From Tubulanus polymorphus (Eukaryota; Animalia; Nemertea), in the NCBI RefSeq assembly GCF_964204645.1, contig NC_134027.1, positions 2,822,485-2,886,484 of the forward strand: 64,000 bases of DNA, given 5' to 3'. Made by a program: the position numbers and the translations under genes. A model generated the notes under the pieces. It saw only the letters and a program-made list of their open reading frames with translations. It was not told the DNA's origin and did no database searches. Every line of letters begins with the position of its first letter. Within the stretch, counting starts at the first letter, position 1. Below, one piece after another: positions 1 to 13,479 of the stretch.

Positions 1-2096
1 TAAGGTAACATACACTGAGCAGAGTTTGATATAAATATGCTTGCGTAATAACCAAGTCACCTTATCGGCTAGTGAGATACGACATCATCTACCTAAATGA
101 GGTTTCATGGTTGACATGAATCATGTTGTCGTATATCTCCACGCAGCTAAGAAAAGGTAAGATAAGTGGGGGCAAATTTGTCAAAGTTTCACGACACAGC
201 TGTGCTGGCGACGCTTTTCGCGACCCCCATCAATAATGTCTCCCGATTCAATTATATCTACAATGGATGGCAAGAAGCAATATCTGGTCGTGTGAACATC
301 GATCACGTGCGCCGGCTGAAATGACTTGATAGCTCCAATTGCTGTTTGATTTAATGCTGTAATTTACCAACTGACTGGAGCACATGCAACTTGTGCGACA
401 AATAACAGTGGAAAATACATATATTTTATTCATCCTGGGAGAGTTTTACGCCAATCAACTGTTGCTTCTGTCTCTATTCAATCAGTCGGGGTCGTCGTGC
501 ACTTGCCTTCAACAATTTCCAATCAGTTGCCTAATGATTAATCATGTTGTTGAAATAAATTCTACGTAAATTCGAGAATGCACTCTGCGCATATCGTCTT
601 CGTCCACAGAATAAAGGCATATTCCAACAAATTGTTTGCCTGGTTAGCGATTTGCGATTTAATCTGAATGCAGGATTTCCAATTTCGAACTAAAAAGAAA
701 ATGAACAAACGACGCAAATTCTGCGAGTTAAGAATTTAAGCTTTTTAAATCGCGGACGTTTTCGCAGGATGGATCGGATAAACATTTCATTTCATCGATA
801 GAGTAAATAATTAATACTCGCTTCGAAGAAAATCTCCTCTGAAAAATAATCTTCGTGGGGAGGTCTTGAATGGAAGAAAATTCCAAATGAGAAATGTGTC
901 ATCCGTTCGTTACAAAAGGAAATTAAAACACTGTAAGGGCTTGCATAATTCATAGTATATGGACCAAAAATAAAATTCGCTCCAGCGCCATCAGCTCCAC
1001 CGGTCTGCATCGTCTTCTTTCCTGCTCAACAAATAGTAGATAAAAATGATAGATTGGAATAACAGCACTGTAAATCTCGGGTTCAAGTGAAATGAATTAC
1101 CTTTATATGCGTGCAAAACAAAACGAAGATTTCTGTGAATTCTAATTAATACTTCATACGCTTACGAAATACACTACGCGGTGGGAAGGACACGACTTCC
1201 TAAGTGCTAATCACAAGAGTATTTGGACATCAATCATGGAGTTCTCTTATTCGGGGAACACATTAGTCACAATTCGCTGTGTTGACTAGAGCGCAAATTT
1301 CCGAAATGGTTTAATCTTTTATGTCAACGAGTGCCTTCAAATTCCTTCCTCTAGTAACAGATACATCTGCAAGCTGCGTGGTTTTTACTGACCGCAATAT
1401 AAAAACCTTTAAGCGAGAGCAAGAAAACTTGACGACAATTCGATTGACTCGTGACGCAACGAAAAATTGCATTAATGGACTCTATATTCTAAGTTTAGTG
1501 TTCCTTAATAGCAGAATTTATGGCACTTGGAAAAGCTTTCATGAATTCATGTTTATCCTGTTGAGTTGGTCAGTTTTTTTCCAACTAGTCTACATCGTCA
1601 GATACCACGGCTTTGATGCCACGGGCTAGCTTGTGTTACGATTCGTAGAAATGTAAAATGAATCCATTTCTTTCATCGCGAGATTAAAATATCCACCTGA
1701 CACTCGACTCATTAAATTCTCGCTACGTAATACTAACTCGAGGCATCTTCGATGAGCTACGCTTTCCTCGTTCGAATCAGTAGTTAAAGCACTGGGGAGA
1801 TTCTCAGACGTGGTAAACGTGGTATACGACGTTCCGAGTACCTGGTCATATTAATTCGTCATTCCCGGTCGTAAATCAGTTCGGGCGGACGCAGAAAACT
1901 CTGTTAGCCTCAGCGTGGTTTAGCACTAACAGGGTTTTCCTGCACCCACCCCTTGGCGTTTGGCCGAGCAGATAATTAGGTCTTCGGTCTCAAGGTTAGG
2001 TCATGTTACGTTAGGCTAGGTTTCAAATAGGTTAGGCTTCGCAGACACGCATACCTGTACAACTATCAATCGACAAACCACGCCGCAGAGCAATAT

Positions 2097-2540
2097 TTCT
2101 CCAAAACTTGTCTAACTACGTATTTTTCGAATCTTCTTTGTAGGCAATAACGTAGTCTTTCTACTTTTCCAGCTTTTATCATAGACTTACATATATCAGA
2201 TGTATATCTTTCGACAAAGTATGCAGTTAAAGCTTGAAATAAGACTCTACCTTTCATCTTATTATTAAGAGTTTTCTAACTTGTCAGAAGCGATGGGGCA
2301 TTTCGTTAGATTGTATTTTTTCTCCAAAACTTATCTAACTACTTATTTTTCGAATCTTTTTTGTAGGCAATAACGTAGTCTTTCTACTTTTCCAGCTTTT
2401 ATCATAGAATTACATATATCAGACATATATCTTTCGACAAAGTATGCAGTTTAAGCTTGAAATAAGACTCTACCTTTCATCTTATAATTAAGAGTTTTCT
2501 AACTTGTCAGAAGCGATGGGGCATTTCATTAGATTGTATT
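2097..2540. repeat. Tandem duplication, 2 copies of about 223 bp
   Basis: Unit TTCTCCAAAACTT(G/A)TCTAACTAC...GATGGGGCATTTC(G/A)TTAGATTGTATT starts at about 2097 and again at about 2320, with only scattered substitutions. Confidence 0.95.
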
Positions 2541-5500
2541 ACTCGTTTTTAACAGATACAATGAACACATCCACCGATACGTATCACGACTCGGAGGACA
2601 TGTAAAAAGATGGTAATCCTGTTTACTGATTGCAAATCACGAGTTTCTGGCTGGTAATCTAATATAGTTCGATCGCATGCGTGACATGTTCATTGTCAGT
2701 GTCGGATGCAGTGACAACCTTAATATAATATTTGCATTTATGTACAAAAATGCTGCATGACACTTTCAACGTGAGCATCGCGCGTGGTTAGTTCGGACGT
2801 TCCTGTTTGGTCATTTACGAAGCACGAGTTAAAAACACTGCGCGCAGCTGATTATTTCCACGGTCGACCTTAATCAAGTCCAATTAATTTATGCATTGCA
2901 TTTTTGTGCAAAGTACAGGAAGGAACGCGATGAGAGATGTCATTTGTCTTGTTGAATCCTCGATCACAAGTCTCCGCGGACTGTCTCAGAATATCGATGA
3001 TCCAGTCCCCTTTTCAACAAGGATCAAATGAAGCAGATGAAATAACTTTTGTCCACAAAATGAGGAAACGGTCCTTTTTCGTATAAGGTCTCGCGGTGTC
3101 TGCTATTGAAAAGTATTCAACAACAAAAAAACTTCATATCTGAAGCTTAATTGTGTGATAAATCATAATATATCACAATGCGTTAGATTGGTGGATTGAT
3201 AATGAAATAAAACGATGAGCCAATTCAATTAGAGTAAGAAAACATAAATTGAAGGATTCAATTATTTCCAACACTGTAATGACTGCCACGCTCTAAACTC
3301 GTAAACTTTATCAGATTGTCTATTGGGAAATTTTACTAATGGAATGTATTCATTCCTTCATCATGTCTGAAAAAACGCGTCTATTTCATATTCAATAATT
3401 AATGAACTACGAAATTATTTCGCTTTTTACTGGTTGCGTCGATATCGTCCATGGCGGTTTTGATGACGTACGAATATAATGATTATATCGATCATGATTT
3501 GATTTTGTTATCAAACGTACTTGCAAAAGTTAATCACCCCGTTGCACGATATATGAATGACAAAACAGCTACATATAACAAGAATAAATTAATTAAGACA
3601 AATTCCACGCTCAGAGACTAAATGGAAGAAATTGAAGCTAGATATATTGAGACTACGACGTTTCCGCTGTTTCCTAACAACCATCATCAAGTGGAATGAT
3701 AATATCGCGGTATCGAGACCTCGTGAACAAACTAATATTGAGCCTAACAGTATAGAAACAATCGTTGACTTTTTCTATATATCGAATTTACGGTCTTCGT
3801 AAAGTTATACAGCGAATAGCGTCTGGAAATATCATTTTATTTCCAAACTTGTCAGAGTTTTATGATGGTTTGAGGGCTGCGTAAATCAACCTCGGAATGG
3901 ATGGTTTCATATAATACTTAACAGCGTACGAGAAGAGCTGTGTAAATATTTATTTATTACCATCTGGTGGTCTGCAAGTCCTCCCCATCAAAACGTCCGA
4001 GGTGCCGTTTGATTGCCCGTTGGAAAAATATCGCCATCCAGGGTCATAAAATCCCCGTCGCTGTTAGGTTTTAACGAGACCAGGGCGAACAGTATTGGGA
4101 TCAAGTTAATCTACCTGGGTCGTGGCATTTGATGTGGCATCCGCCCTAAGTGCAATACGGCACTGACATGACGATAAACATTTAGTGCTCGTCTCTATCC
4201 AGATTCTTGGAGTTAGGAACAGACATTCTTAATCACTCAGATGCGTTCAAGTAACTGTTTTTCTTTTTTTTGTGAGGAACAGGGTTAAGCGAACACTTGG
4301 TATCCATTATCGAATACAACTAGTTGTTTACCTAGACTCATTGATATATTTGATCACTTTGTGATTGGATTGTAATTGATTAACACGCACTTGTTGATGG
4401 GTAGGCCTGTTACGCATTAAGGAAGAAGTAAAGAATGGTAAATCCTACTAAGCGTTCGAAGAAAATGTTATTTGTGGCCAGCACGCAGGCAATTTCTTCG
4501 TGGTAAGTGTTGCAAAAATTTGCGATTTCCCCGGACAATTTGCGACATAAATTTTGGAGAATGGAAAATCCTAAACAAAAAATTACGGTGGCGGCGAAGA
4601 TTGTCACATCTCATAAATAAAATAGGGATGCAATCACAAGATAAATGATAAGAAATATTTCCTGGCTGATCTGGCTTTTATCCGTGTTATCCGACTGATG
4701 ACACGTAAATATACACGCTGCCGTATTGATTAGACCCAATTATCGCAACCGGACCAGCAGACGTCACTGATCGATTTCCGTTATAGAACATTTTATGGTC
4801 GGACGGGTTACAGTAGAACACGGACGTGGAAGTTAAAGTGACCACGCCAATGACACATTAAGTACTGGCCATACATCATAGAAATAAACCTCGCATCGAA
4901 AGTAAAACCGCGTATTAGGACTAGTACCAATACCATCAATCTTATTGAATACACAGGTTTCACGGGCAAGTCAAATAAAGAAACAAATTAGGAGAAAGTT
5001 AACTTATAAAAGGGTTATTTATTTCCTGTCAGACTTAGAGAAACACACGATCCTCGCAAGTCTAAAACAAGCTGCAACGACTCCAAATCTATATATTGTG
5101 TCCCTTCACATCTTACCGAGGACATAATCGAAGCTCAAAAGTATTTGCTCAAAGAAACCTTGCAGACACGTTTTTCCTTTCTTACTGTACGATTCATCTT
5201 ACCTGACGAATGTATGTTATATTCAGATCATTATGGTTTTTATGTCAGTGAACCGATACAGTTTATCAATGATCGGATCAAAGATGCACGTGTTGTTTGA
5301 TGTAAGTATCTGCTATTTTGGACAGTGACCAAGGCCGATCAGTCATTCAGATACATATATCAAGAAACATTTGTAGGAAATCTTGTCTGGTAAAAGTTCA
5401 CTGGAGCGTATTATTACCTACTAATGAGAAAGATGAAATAGCGCGACTTATTTGTCAGAAATGAATGATAGTGGAATGACTGAACTCACACCACACAACA

Positions 5501-7244
5501 CACTTGTATGTGATAATCAGATTCGAACCGTGTCAACAACTTCCAATCAAAACAATTACACGACTTGGGTAACGAGTAGCTATCGGGTGTGTTTAGGATG
5601 ATATATTTTCTGTCGGTTATTGCGGGTTCATTCGCTGGTCAACGACATTAACCCATGCTGGCAAATTTCATCAAATCCGTAATAGAACATTCATAATCAA
5701 TTAGCTAAACGGGATGGATGCGAATTGTCACAAAATACGTAATAACCATCGTTTTCTGCTGATGTCGAAAAGCAAAAATTGACACTAATGGCATTCAATT
5801 CATCATTTCGATAGTGCTGGTATGGAATTTTTATCGTCGTCAAACGGTTTCAATAATGTTCATAGATACGAGCGAAACTAACTATGAGTGATAAACCGTA
5901 TTAATTGCGTGTATTGATATGATCTATGAAGCCATCAGTATATACGACAAAGAATGTCAACATGACATCCATAAACAGCTTACGACAACCGACATAAAAA
6001 CTAATACGACTCACTCTCATCTGGCGAGGTGGCAGCAAGTCCGACCTCTGATTACGGATAAGATTAAATAATCATTCTGTGAGAACTTGCCAGATTGATG
6101 TGGGGATTTTTCTAGCTGAAAAATTATGTTTGCGATGAACTATAACTAGGTCAAAAGACTGCACGAGTTTTCTTAGCAATTACCTCATACTTGAATTAGT
6201 TGTCGCGTGGGAAAGATTTGATGGTCTCCAACCGTTCGGAAGAAGAGTCGACTGTCGACTTGTTGTATTTACACAGCGAACGAGTTTATAGTTATGTAAC
6301 CAAAGCCGTTACGGGTATGCCTACCAGAAGAATGTCGTTTCGAGTAACGATGCAGAATATTTCTAAATGGCAATGAGTTAGATGGGAATTTAGCGTCATT
6401 CTGGGGCTATCGGTTATGTCAATGTGCTCTCTGGAATTAGTAATGATTAAAACATTCATCTGAATAAATGAACTAATACCCAACGCGCTAAATTTTTAAT
6501 TCTAGATTTTCGACGGTGGGGATTTTGTATTGTTTGACCATGAATGCAGCTCATCGACTGTCCAACAGTCGTTTCCAGCAAACCATAATCAATCGCATTG
6601 TACCGCGCACGAATCGAAAACGCTTTGAAGCCGTGTTCAAACAAGAGCAAATTGCAGCAGTATTCCCAGTTGAATTTTCTTTGCTTCAATCAGATGAAAA
6701 TAAGCTGGTTAATGGGTAGTAAAACGTATGTGTCTCCCCTGCATTCATAATTTCGCCTTCAGTCGTGAAAATGCAGGTGATCACCGTCATTCAAAATGTA
6801 GAAAAAAATCATATCTATCCATTTCAGTGAATTTAACGCTTAATGTCATACTATAATTTTCGGATCCATTCAATATATCGCGTAATAGGTTTTCCGTATA
6901 CCAACTACGGCGAAATTCATTAAAACAAATAAAATATCCCATTAATGTCTAATGGATTTTGCCGTTTTTTCATCAACGTTTTAGATAAATGTGTATAGCT
7001 ATCATCATTATTTCAGTAACGTGGGACACTCCATGCTCCAACTGATTCATATAGTACAGACAGACTCAGTCATGCTTTCTAGATATTGGATTCACCGTTC
7101 TCGACACAATTTACTCATGAAGACCTCCGATCAAACAACGGCATCGTTAAATTAAACGTTGAATGGCCTTCCAACGACCACCACCACAGAAAACCAATAA
7201 AATATCGTTATGTTTTAGAATGTTTATTATGTTATAGTTTAACA

Positions 7245-10200
7245 TCATAATTGAATTTTATGACGATCAATTATTTTTTCCTGTACATAATGTTCCAATT
7301 CGGCGGCTGGTAATTCTTCTAACAGTTGACCTTCATCGGATGAAATCTGAAATAGATGAGTAGAAAATCATAACCGCGATCACAAGGAGATTATTGGGTC
7401 CGGGTCAAACTGACCGAGACCAGACAAAAATTAAATTTGGCCCATGCGGAATTAGAATTCATACGTAAATCACTCATTCACAATGCTATCAAAATGAACT
7501 GTGGCAACTGAGGAGAGTCACTTCCAGACCCAGTTAGGATGACACATGGAATAATTTGACCATGTCTATATTTGGCACAGGCCCGCCCCATTTTGGTAAT
7601 GGTGTGGAAAGTTGGGCCGGGTCTAATCTGGTGGATCAAACACTCATGTGATCAAGACTCTTTATGTGAAACTGTTTGGTTCACAAAATGCAGCGACACT
7701 TAACTCACCACGTGTAAATCATATCCCAATTTCTGTAGATGACGATGTTTTAGTCTAGTATTTGCGAGTGTTATATCTTTATGATTAAAGGCCACTTGAT
7801 GCCATCCCAGGATATCAATTGCTATCCTGTAAGCAGAAAGAAGAAATCCAGTAAAACTCCGAAGCTGAAAATCATTCAATCACACTATTCATCATTTTGC
7901 AACACTAACTTTCGTTTAATTCTAATCGGACGATTACCATTCCTGCAATTATCATCTAATTCAATCCTGAAATTGATAGAACAAAAACTAACATCATTTA
8001 AACCATTCAGAATTCACCTCAAAATTTAAACACATTGATCAAGAAACATAGATGGCATCTGTGTGTAAACAGAGATGACTGTTCTTCAGTGCAACCCCTT
8101 ACAACGAACTTCGACGGACCAGAATATCTGGTTGTTATAACCGATAGTCCGTTTTGTAATCAGTATGAAATTAACTAAATTATCTTAATTTGGGATAAAA
8201 TTCTTATTTTGCAATATCCAATTCGAGTGAATTGAGTGAAAAACTAGCAAAAAAACTGGGGCTCACGTTAAATTTGACATTAACCATATGGGTTTCAAAA
8301 ACTGCTACCCAAATGGTTCAAATAATCACCTGGAAATTTCTGGAATTGTCTGCATGTTTTTAATGAGATCACCCGATATAGAAACGAGTTTCTGATTGTT
8401 TCCTTGACGTCGACCAGTCACAGACGATAACCAATCTATATGCGCGGGCAGATCATCATGACAGTGATAATACTGGATCGGAACAGGTCGATTATCTTCA
8501 TCCAAATGTATCTCAATACCTGAATAATGTGACGATTCAACTTAATCTATTATATAATTTTATACAAATTTAAAGGAGGTTTGAGATCCTTGAAGACATT
8601 TCTTAAACCTTAAGGAATAAACAACGAACCCTGAACCCTAAGATGGTTTTTTACATTAATTACCAGCAGTTAAAATGTGTGGCAGAATAAAGTGACATCG
8701 GACTTTCTCTTCTGCATTGAACAATCGTTTTAATTCACCAAACAGAACATTCATCCCTTTCCGCCGACTTAGTTCGATTGGTAAGTATCCAAAATTATTT
8801 CTGTTACACGTTTGCAAGAAATTCTGAAATAATTCAGATTCGTAAGTATTTTCACTAGGCATCGACATCACAAAAAAAATTATTTCTGTTACGCGTTTGC
8901 AAGAAATTCTAAAATAATTCAGATTCATGAGTATTTTCACTAGGCATCGACATCATAAAATAAAATTATTTCTGTTACACGTTTGCAAGAAATTCTGAAA
9001 TAATTCAGATTCATAAGTATTTTCACTAGGCATCGACATCATAAAATAAAATTATTTCTGTTACACGTTTGCAAGAAATTCTAAAATAATTCAGATTCAT
9101 AAGTATTTTCACTAGGCATCGACATCATAAAATAAAATTATTTCTGTTACACGTTTGCAAGAAATTCTAAAATAATTCAGATTCATAAGTACATGTATTT
9201 TCACTAGGCATCGACATCATAAAATAATCTTAGCGCATACATACTTTTGGTAATAAGAATCCATTATACGATGGATTTTCAATGATCATACAAGAATGCA
9301 GCAGAATCAACTGAAGTTTTTTATCCAAGAATTTTGCAGCTGAAAATAAGGTAAAACGTTTCATATTTTAAAAAGTATTACGAATAAGAATCAGGAAATT
9401 TTTAACTCCACCTACCTGCCAAACGATTCAGAAATGATGAACTGAACAGTTGATTGACTAGATCTACAGGAATAGAGTCTAAGTATGCTAACGCAGTCAG
9501 TGCAGTAACTAAACTCTCCGGAAAGGAATTAAATTCTCCAGCATTAAAACGACGTCTGAGCTGTTCGCAAACCAGATCACACGTAGATCGATCTAATTCC
9601 GAACTGAACAAAGAGTAACCCCATAAATACGAAGCGATATCCTTCGATCTGACTAGTTCAGTATTTGTATCGCGTTCGATTAATCGTTGAAAAACTTTTA
9701 AAGTCGATTCGAGTAAATTTTGATTGTAGATACGTAAAGACGCGTACGATCTCATTAATTCCATAATTCGAGTGAGATTAGTCTCCTTTTCCAAAAGTTT
9801 TTGATTCAATAAATGTGACGCAACTCGTTCGAAAAAGTTCACATTGTGGAATCCAGCGTGTCTGAACACTTTCAGAAACGGAGTCAACTGCATGAGATCA
9901 ATTGTATCCAGTTCATTTAACACTTTCTCAGCGATTCCGTCGAGAAGTTCTTGACTTTTTATACGCGAATTACAGCGAAAAAAGCCATTACAAATTATAT
10001 TCAACTGTTGCAGAGAATATGAAGATAGACATTTGACAATCATTTCTTCGATATAGTTCATTAATTGACCGGATGTTTCTCCGTAGATCATTATATAGAA
10101 CATTAACTGTGGAATTTCCTCCGGTTTATAATCCAATGATTTCCACCGACTGACACATGCGCTTATTAGATGTCGCATGAAATCTACGAATTCGCAATCG

Positions 10201-10790
10201 CATTTATAAAGTACATCGGCAATTTTCAGTAAGCTTTTTGAATCGAATGAATCCACTAGCTGACAGCTGAATTGTTTTAATTCTCGTAAATGACGCCTGT
10301 TCTGCTCCGATCCGCGTAATCGATCGCCATAGAATTGAAGCATTGCTACAACATCTGATTGACACATGCTTCGTAAAAATTCATATTTCTCATCAATTGT
10401 CGCGCGTCTTTCAAATTCAATGATCATATTAGTCGTTTTCATATCTACCATTATTTTAGCACCTTTGCTATTTTTGTAAAAATTGTTCTGCATTGATTGC
10501 GGAGAACAGTTCACCAGATTATAGTGTAAAGCTTTGATCAGTTTATGTGACACTTTTCTACTGTCCTCAACCGCAGAAGAAATATCATTATGATTTTTTA
10601 AGAATACTCTTGCGCCAATCTTCTTTTCTTCTGTATATTCCATTCTTTTTCGACTAGTTGACATTGCAGTTGACGTTGATAACTGCCTGACATAGCGATT
10701 AGATCTCCAATCACAAATGAGTCTGTATATTTGTGGTTTAAATACGGAGGACATCACAAGTTGTGACTTAAGATGGGTAATTTTCAGCAT
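7245..10790 (-). CDS. FAST kinase domain-containing mitochondrial RNA-processing protein (FASTKD5-like), C-terminal RAP domain; 7 coding exons
   Basis: Exons joined in frame at GT-AG sites: 10790-9416, 9339-9245, 8823-8664, 8519-8330, 7966-7910, 7826-7709, 7346-7245 (TGA). Basic N-terminus resembling a mitochondrial targeting peptide, long helical-repeat region, FAST-like LLHSCMIIENPSYNGFLLP, RAP-like KIAIDILGWHQV...RLKHRHLQKLGYDLHVIS. Paralogue assignment (FASTKD5) is tentative. Confidence 0.8.
7381..7650. mobile_element. Putative MITE in last intron of the FASTKD gene
   Basis: Imperfect terminal inverted repeats CACAAGGAG...CTCATGTG flanked by AT on both sides; more GC-rich than flanking intron; intron is much longer than its neighbours. 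Confidence 0.35.
8791..9227. repeat. Tandem repeat, 5 copies of 85-86 bp, spanning an intron/exon junction
   Basis: Unit AAAATTATTTCTGTTACACGTTTGCAAGAAATTCT(G/A)AAATAATTCAGATTC(A/G)TAAGTATTTTCACTAGGCATCGACATCA starts at 8791, 8876, 8962, 9048, 9134. Confidence 0.97.
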
Positions 10791-11388
10791 ATTTTACTGA
10801 AATAGAAAAGAAAGAACATCTCAACTATTATGGCAGCACCCAACATACGCAACAAACAGTAATTTACTGAGTAAATGCTTAGGTATGTTGGGTCTATGTG
10901 AACATTCAAAGAATTGAATTGAAAAACGACTGAGTAATAAAGCCCCTCCTGAGACCTGTCTGATATACAACGGCCTGCTAAAAACAGTACTGAAGTGTCC
11001 TGGACTGTGAAGGCACACAAGCATTTCAAGCATAGATCTGTGGTCTATAAACTGGCAACTGCAGTTTGGTTGGGTCACCTATCCACTGGGTGGTGCTAGT
11101 GTTATTAAAGAATAGTGTTATGGTAAGGTTAGGTACATAACCATTATGGACACCTAAACTGCAGTCATACCGTTGTCTCTGTGAAAGATGCCCCGTATTA
11201 CAATTTCAAATCTGATTTTTTGATTTTTTTTCACACAGAGCAGTAGTTTTTAGCAAAGTTGTTGTAGTATGGATGTAATGATAATACAGGAATCCCTAAT
11301 CGCCGGGTTTGGAAAAAACGATAACCTAACTCCACGGATTCGGTAATGTCGCACTATTTATCCTATAAAACCAACGAACGATCTAAGT

Positions 11389-12349
11389 ATGGAGATCGAA
11401 ACAGTGACAGTTGAAGAAACTGACTCGGATGCTGTCGTTAGTGGCGGCAGCGTGTTCAGCGAACCTGGTGAAAGTGATGTTCAAACTGAGGACACGTTAG
11501 TGAATGAAATGTCTGATGAATATGCCAATTATCTTGACTTTGAAACGCCAAAAGAAGTAAGATAGAAATCATTACAAATTAAATTCAATTAAGTTAGGCC
11601 TATCGTATCGTTGTACGCGACGTTTTCTGTCACGGTTTGTTGTTGCATTGCAGAAAGTGAATTTTGAAGAAAGCATCGAAGATATGTTGACGCGTCTTGA
11701 TGAATACTGTGGCCTTGTCGATATGGTAAGACTTACAAAATTACATGGAAGTTGCACACGATGTTAGTTACACCTTATGTCGACCACATTTCAGATTAGA
11801 AGTGACACCTCCCTTTGTTTGAATAAGAACATGATGGATCTACAACAGAAGAGCATGCGAATGCAACGGATATTTGAAAGGATTGATAAATTAGAGGTGC
11901 CTGAATTGATAAAAGTCCTGTCCTGAAAGGAAGATTTTTAAGGCTCTTGAAACTATATTCTAATCTTCTAGGAATTTGTTGGGCATGTTCGACAAAATGT
12001 AGCGACAATGGAAGATTTGGTAAATAAAGCTGAGGATGAAATGGGAACATTTAGCAATATCAAGAAAATGATCACAAACATAAGTCTACCAACATTTATC
12101 GTAAGTATCTACCCTACTTCAGATAGTGACTGATTATTGTTCAGCGTACATATTTCCAGATCATATGTCTCTGATTCATTTCAGAAAAAGCCCACCCAAA
12201 GCAAACCAAGGTCGGATTCGCGGCCAAAGTTCATTCAGCCAGAAATATTCTGTACTGACGATTATTTCGGTTCTAAGGATCGGGTCGTAAATGAACCGAA
12301 TGAAGAGAGAATTCATATCGCTGCTGAAGTATTTGAGGGAGAGGCCTAG
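11389..12349 (+). CDS. BLOC1S4: Biogenesis of lysosome-related organelles complex 1 subunit 4 (cappuccino) / BCAS4 family, about 211 aa, 5 exons
   Basis: Exons 11389-11556, 11654-11725, 11795-11896, 11972-12100, 12185-12349, all phase 0. Translation contains IEDMLTRLDEYCGLVDMIRSDTS, IFERIDKLEEFVGHVRQNVATMEDLVNKAE and PEIFCTDDYF, typical of the cappuccino family. Confidence 0.88.
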
Positions 12350-13479
12350 AGACAAAAATAATTCAATTTTGAAACTTTAAAAGAAATGTTTTATTTTCAT
12401 ATTTTAAGTTTTTGATACACAAATGTGTCGAGTTGAAGTTAGTCCGTTTTTATGGTGCTGATAAAAGTGTCATGATTTCCTGATAATTTACTGGTACATG
12501 ATAATGTATGATATATGTACCGGTATAAGATTGATAAATGTGTAATACTTGTCAAGAAGCCTTGATATATGTGCTATATCTTTTGTAAAAAATCTTAATT
12601 CAAGTTGATTGTTAACGAATAAACTAGATATGTTATAAATGCCGAGACTTACTTCTTGGATCATGCATTTTGTCTGAATTCCCTGCTGCTCATACATAGT
12701 GAATATCGATTATTTCATCAGTGCAGTACTGCTTTATGCCATGCCGACCTACTTTTTTATCTGCTGCACTAAAAATGGCACATTTCGAGAATTGATAGGT
12801 TTGTAGCAAGTCTACTAAGTGCTACCTTTTGAAAAGAAATAATTAAGTCCCCGATCTGTGGTATTTTTGGAATTTCTAAGAACTGTTGCATCTGCTACGA
12901 TGTCATATTTCGTCGATAACTAACACCGTCTTTCATTTGGAGCAAATTTAGGGTAACTTTCCATGAGATCCTACGAAAGAAGATTTCACCAGATGTTAAG
13001 AAGTAATGAATCAATTTAAGCATCATTTATTTACATTAAAATCTGTACATAATTAAAATATGTTAATAATCATTACAAAAATCATCATTATATAATACAG
13101 TATATTGACAAGATATTACATTACATATTTACAAACTATCACAAAAATAGCTACTGGTAATTATACTCAGCATCAATAACAAATATTGATTTTTAGATTG
13201 TGGAGATTTAAACTCAGATAAAGGCCATAATTCATTACTGGTATTTGCAAAAAATAAGCATCATTTGAACAATTTTGATATCATGATCAATCATTTGGAA
13301 GCTTCGGTTGGCATTTTTTGGAAAAAAGTCTACTCAACAATTTCATACTTAGGTATTTTTCAGCGCTCTTATGCGGATAAAAATTAGACAAGGTTTGCTC
13401 TATCACAATGAACTATTAGTTTTCTATTACTCAGAGCTGCAATAGAATTCTCTAAATGATATTTGAATCAGTGATTCAA

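Noticed and set aside
792-1629. Short ORFs and possible minus-strand splice sites near the left edge
   Set aside because: No recognisable protein and no consistent exon chain; may be UTR exons of a gene outside the window but cannot be supported.
8791-9227. Regular repeat array superficially like CRISPR
   Set aside because: Units are contiguous with no unique spacers, the context is a eukaryotic intron, and there are no cas genes.
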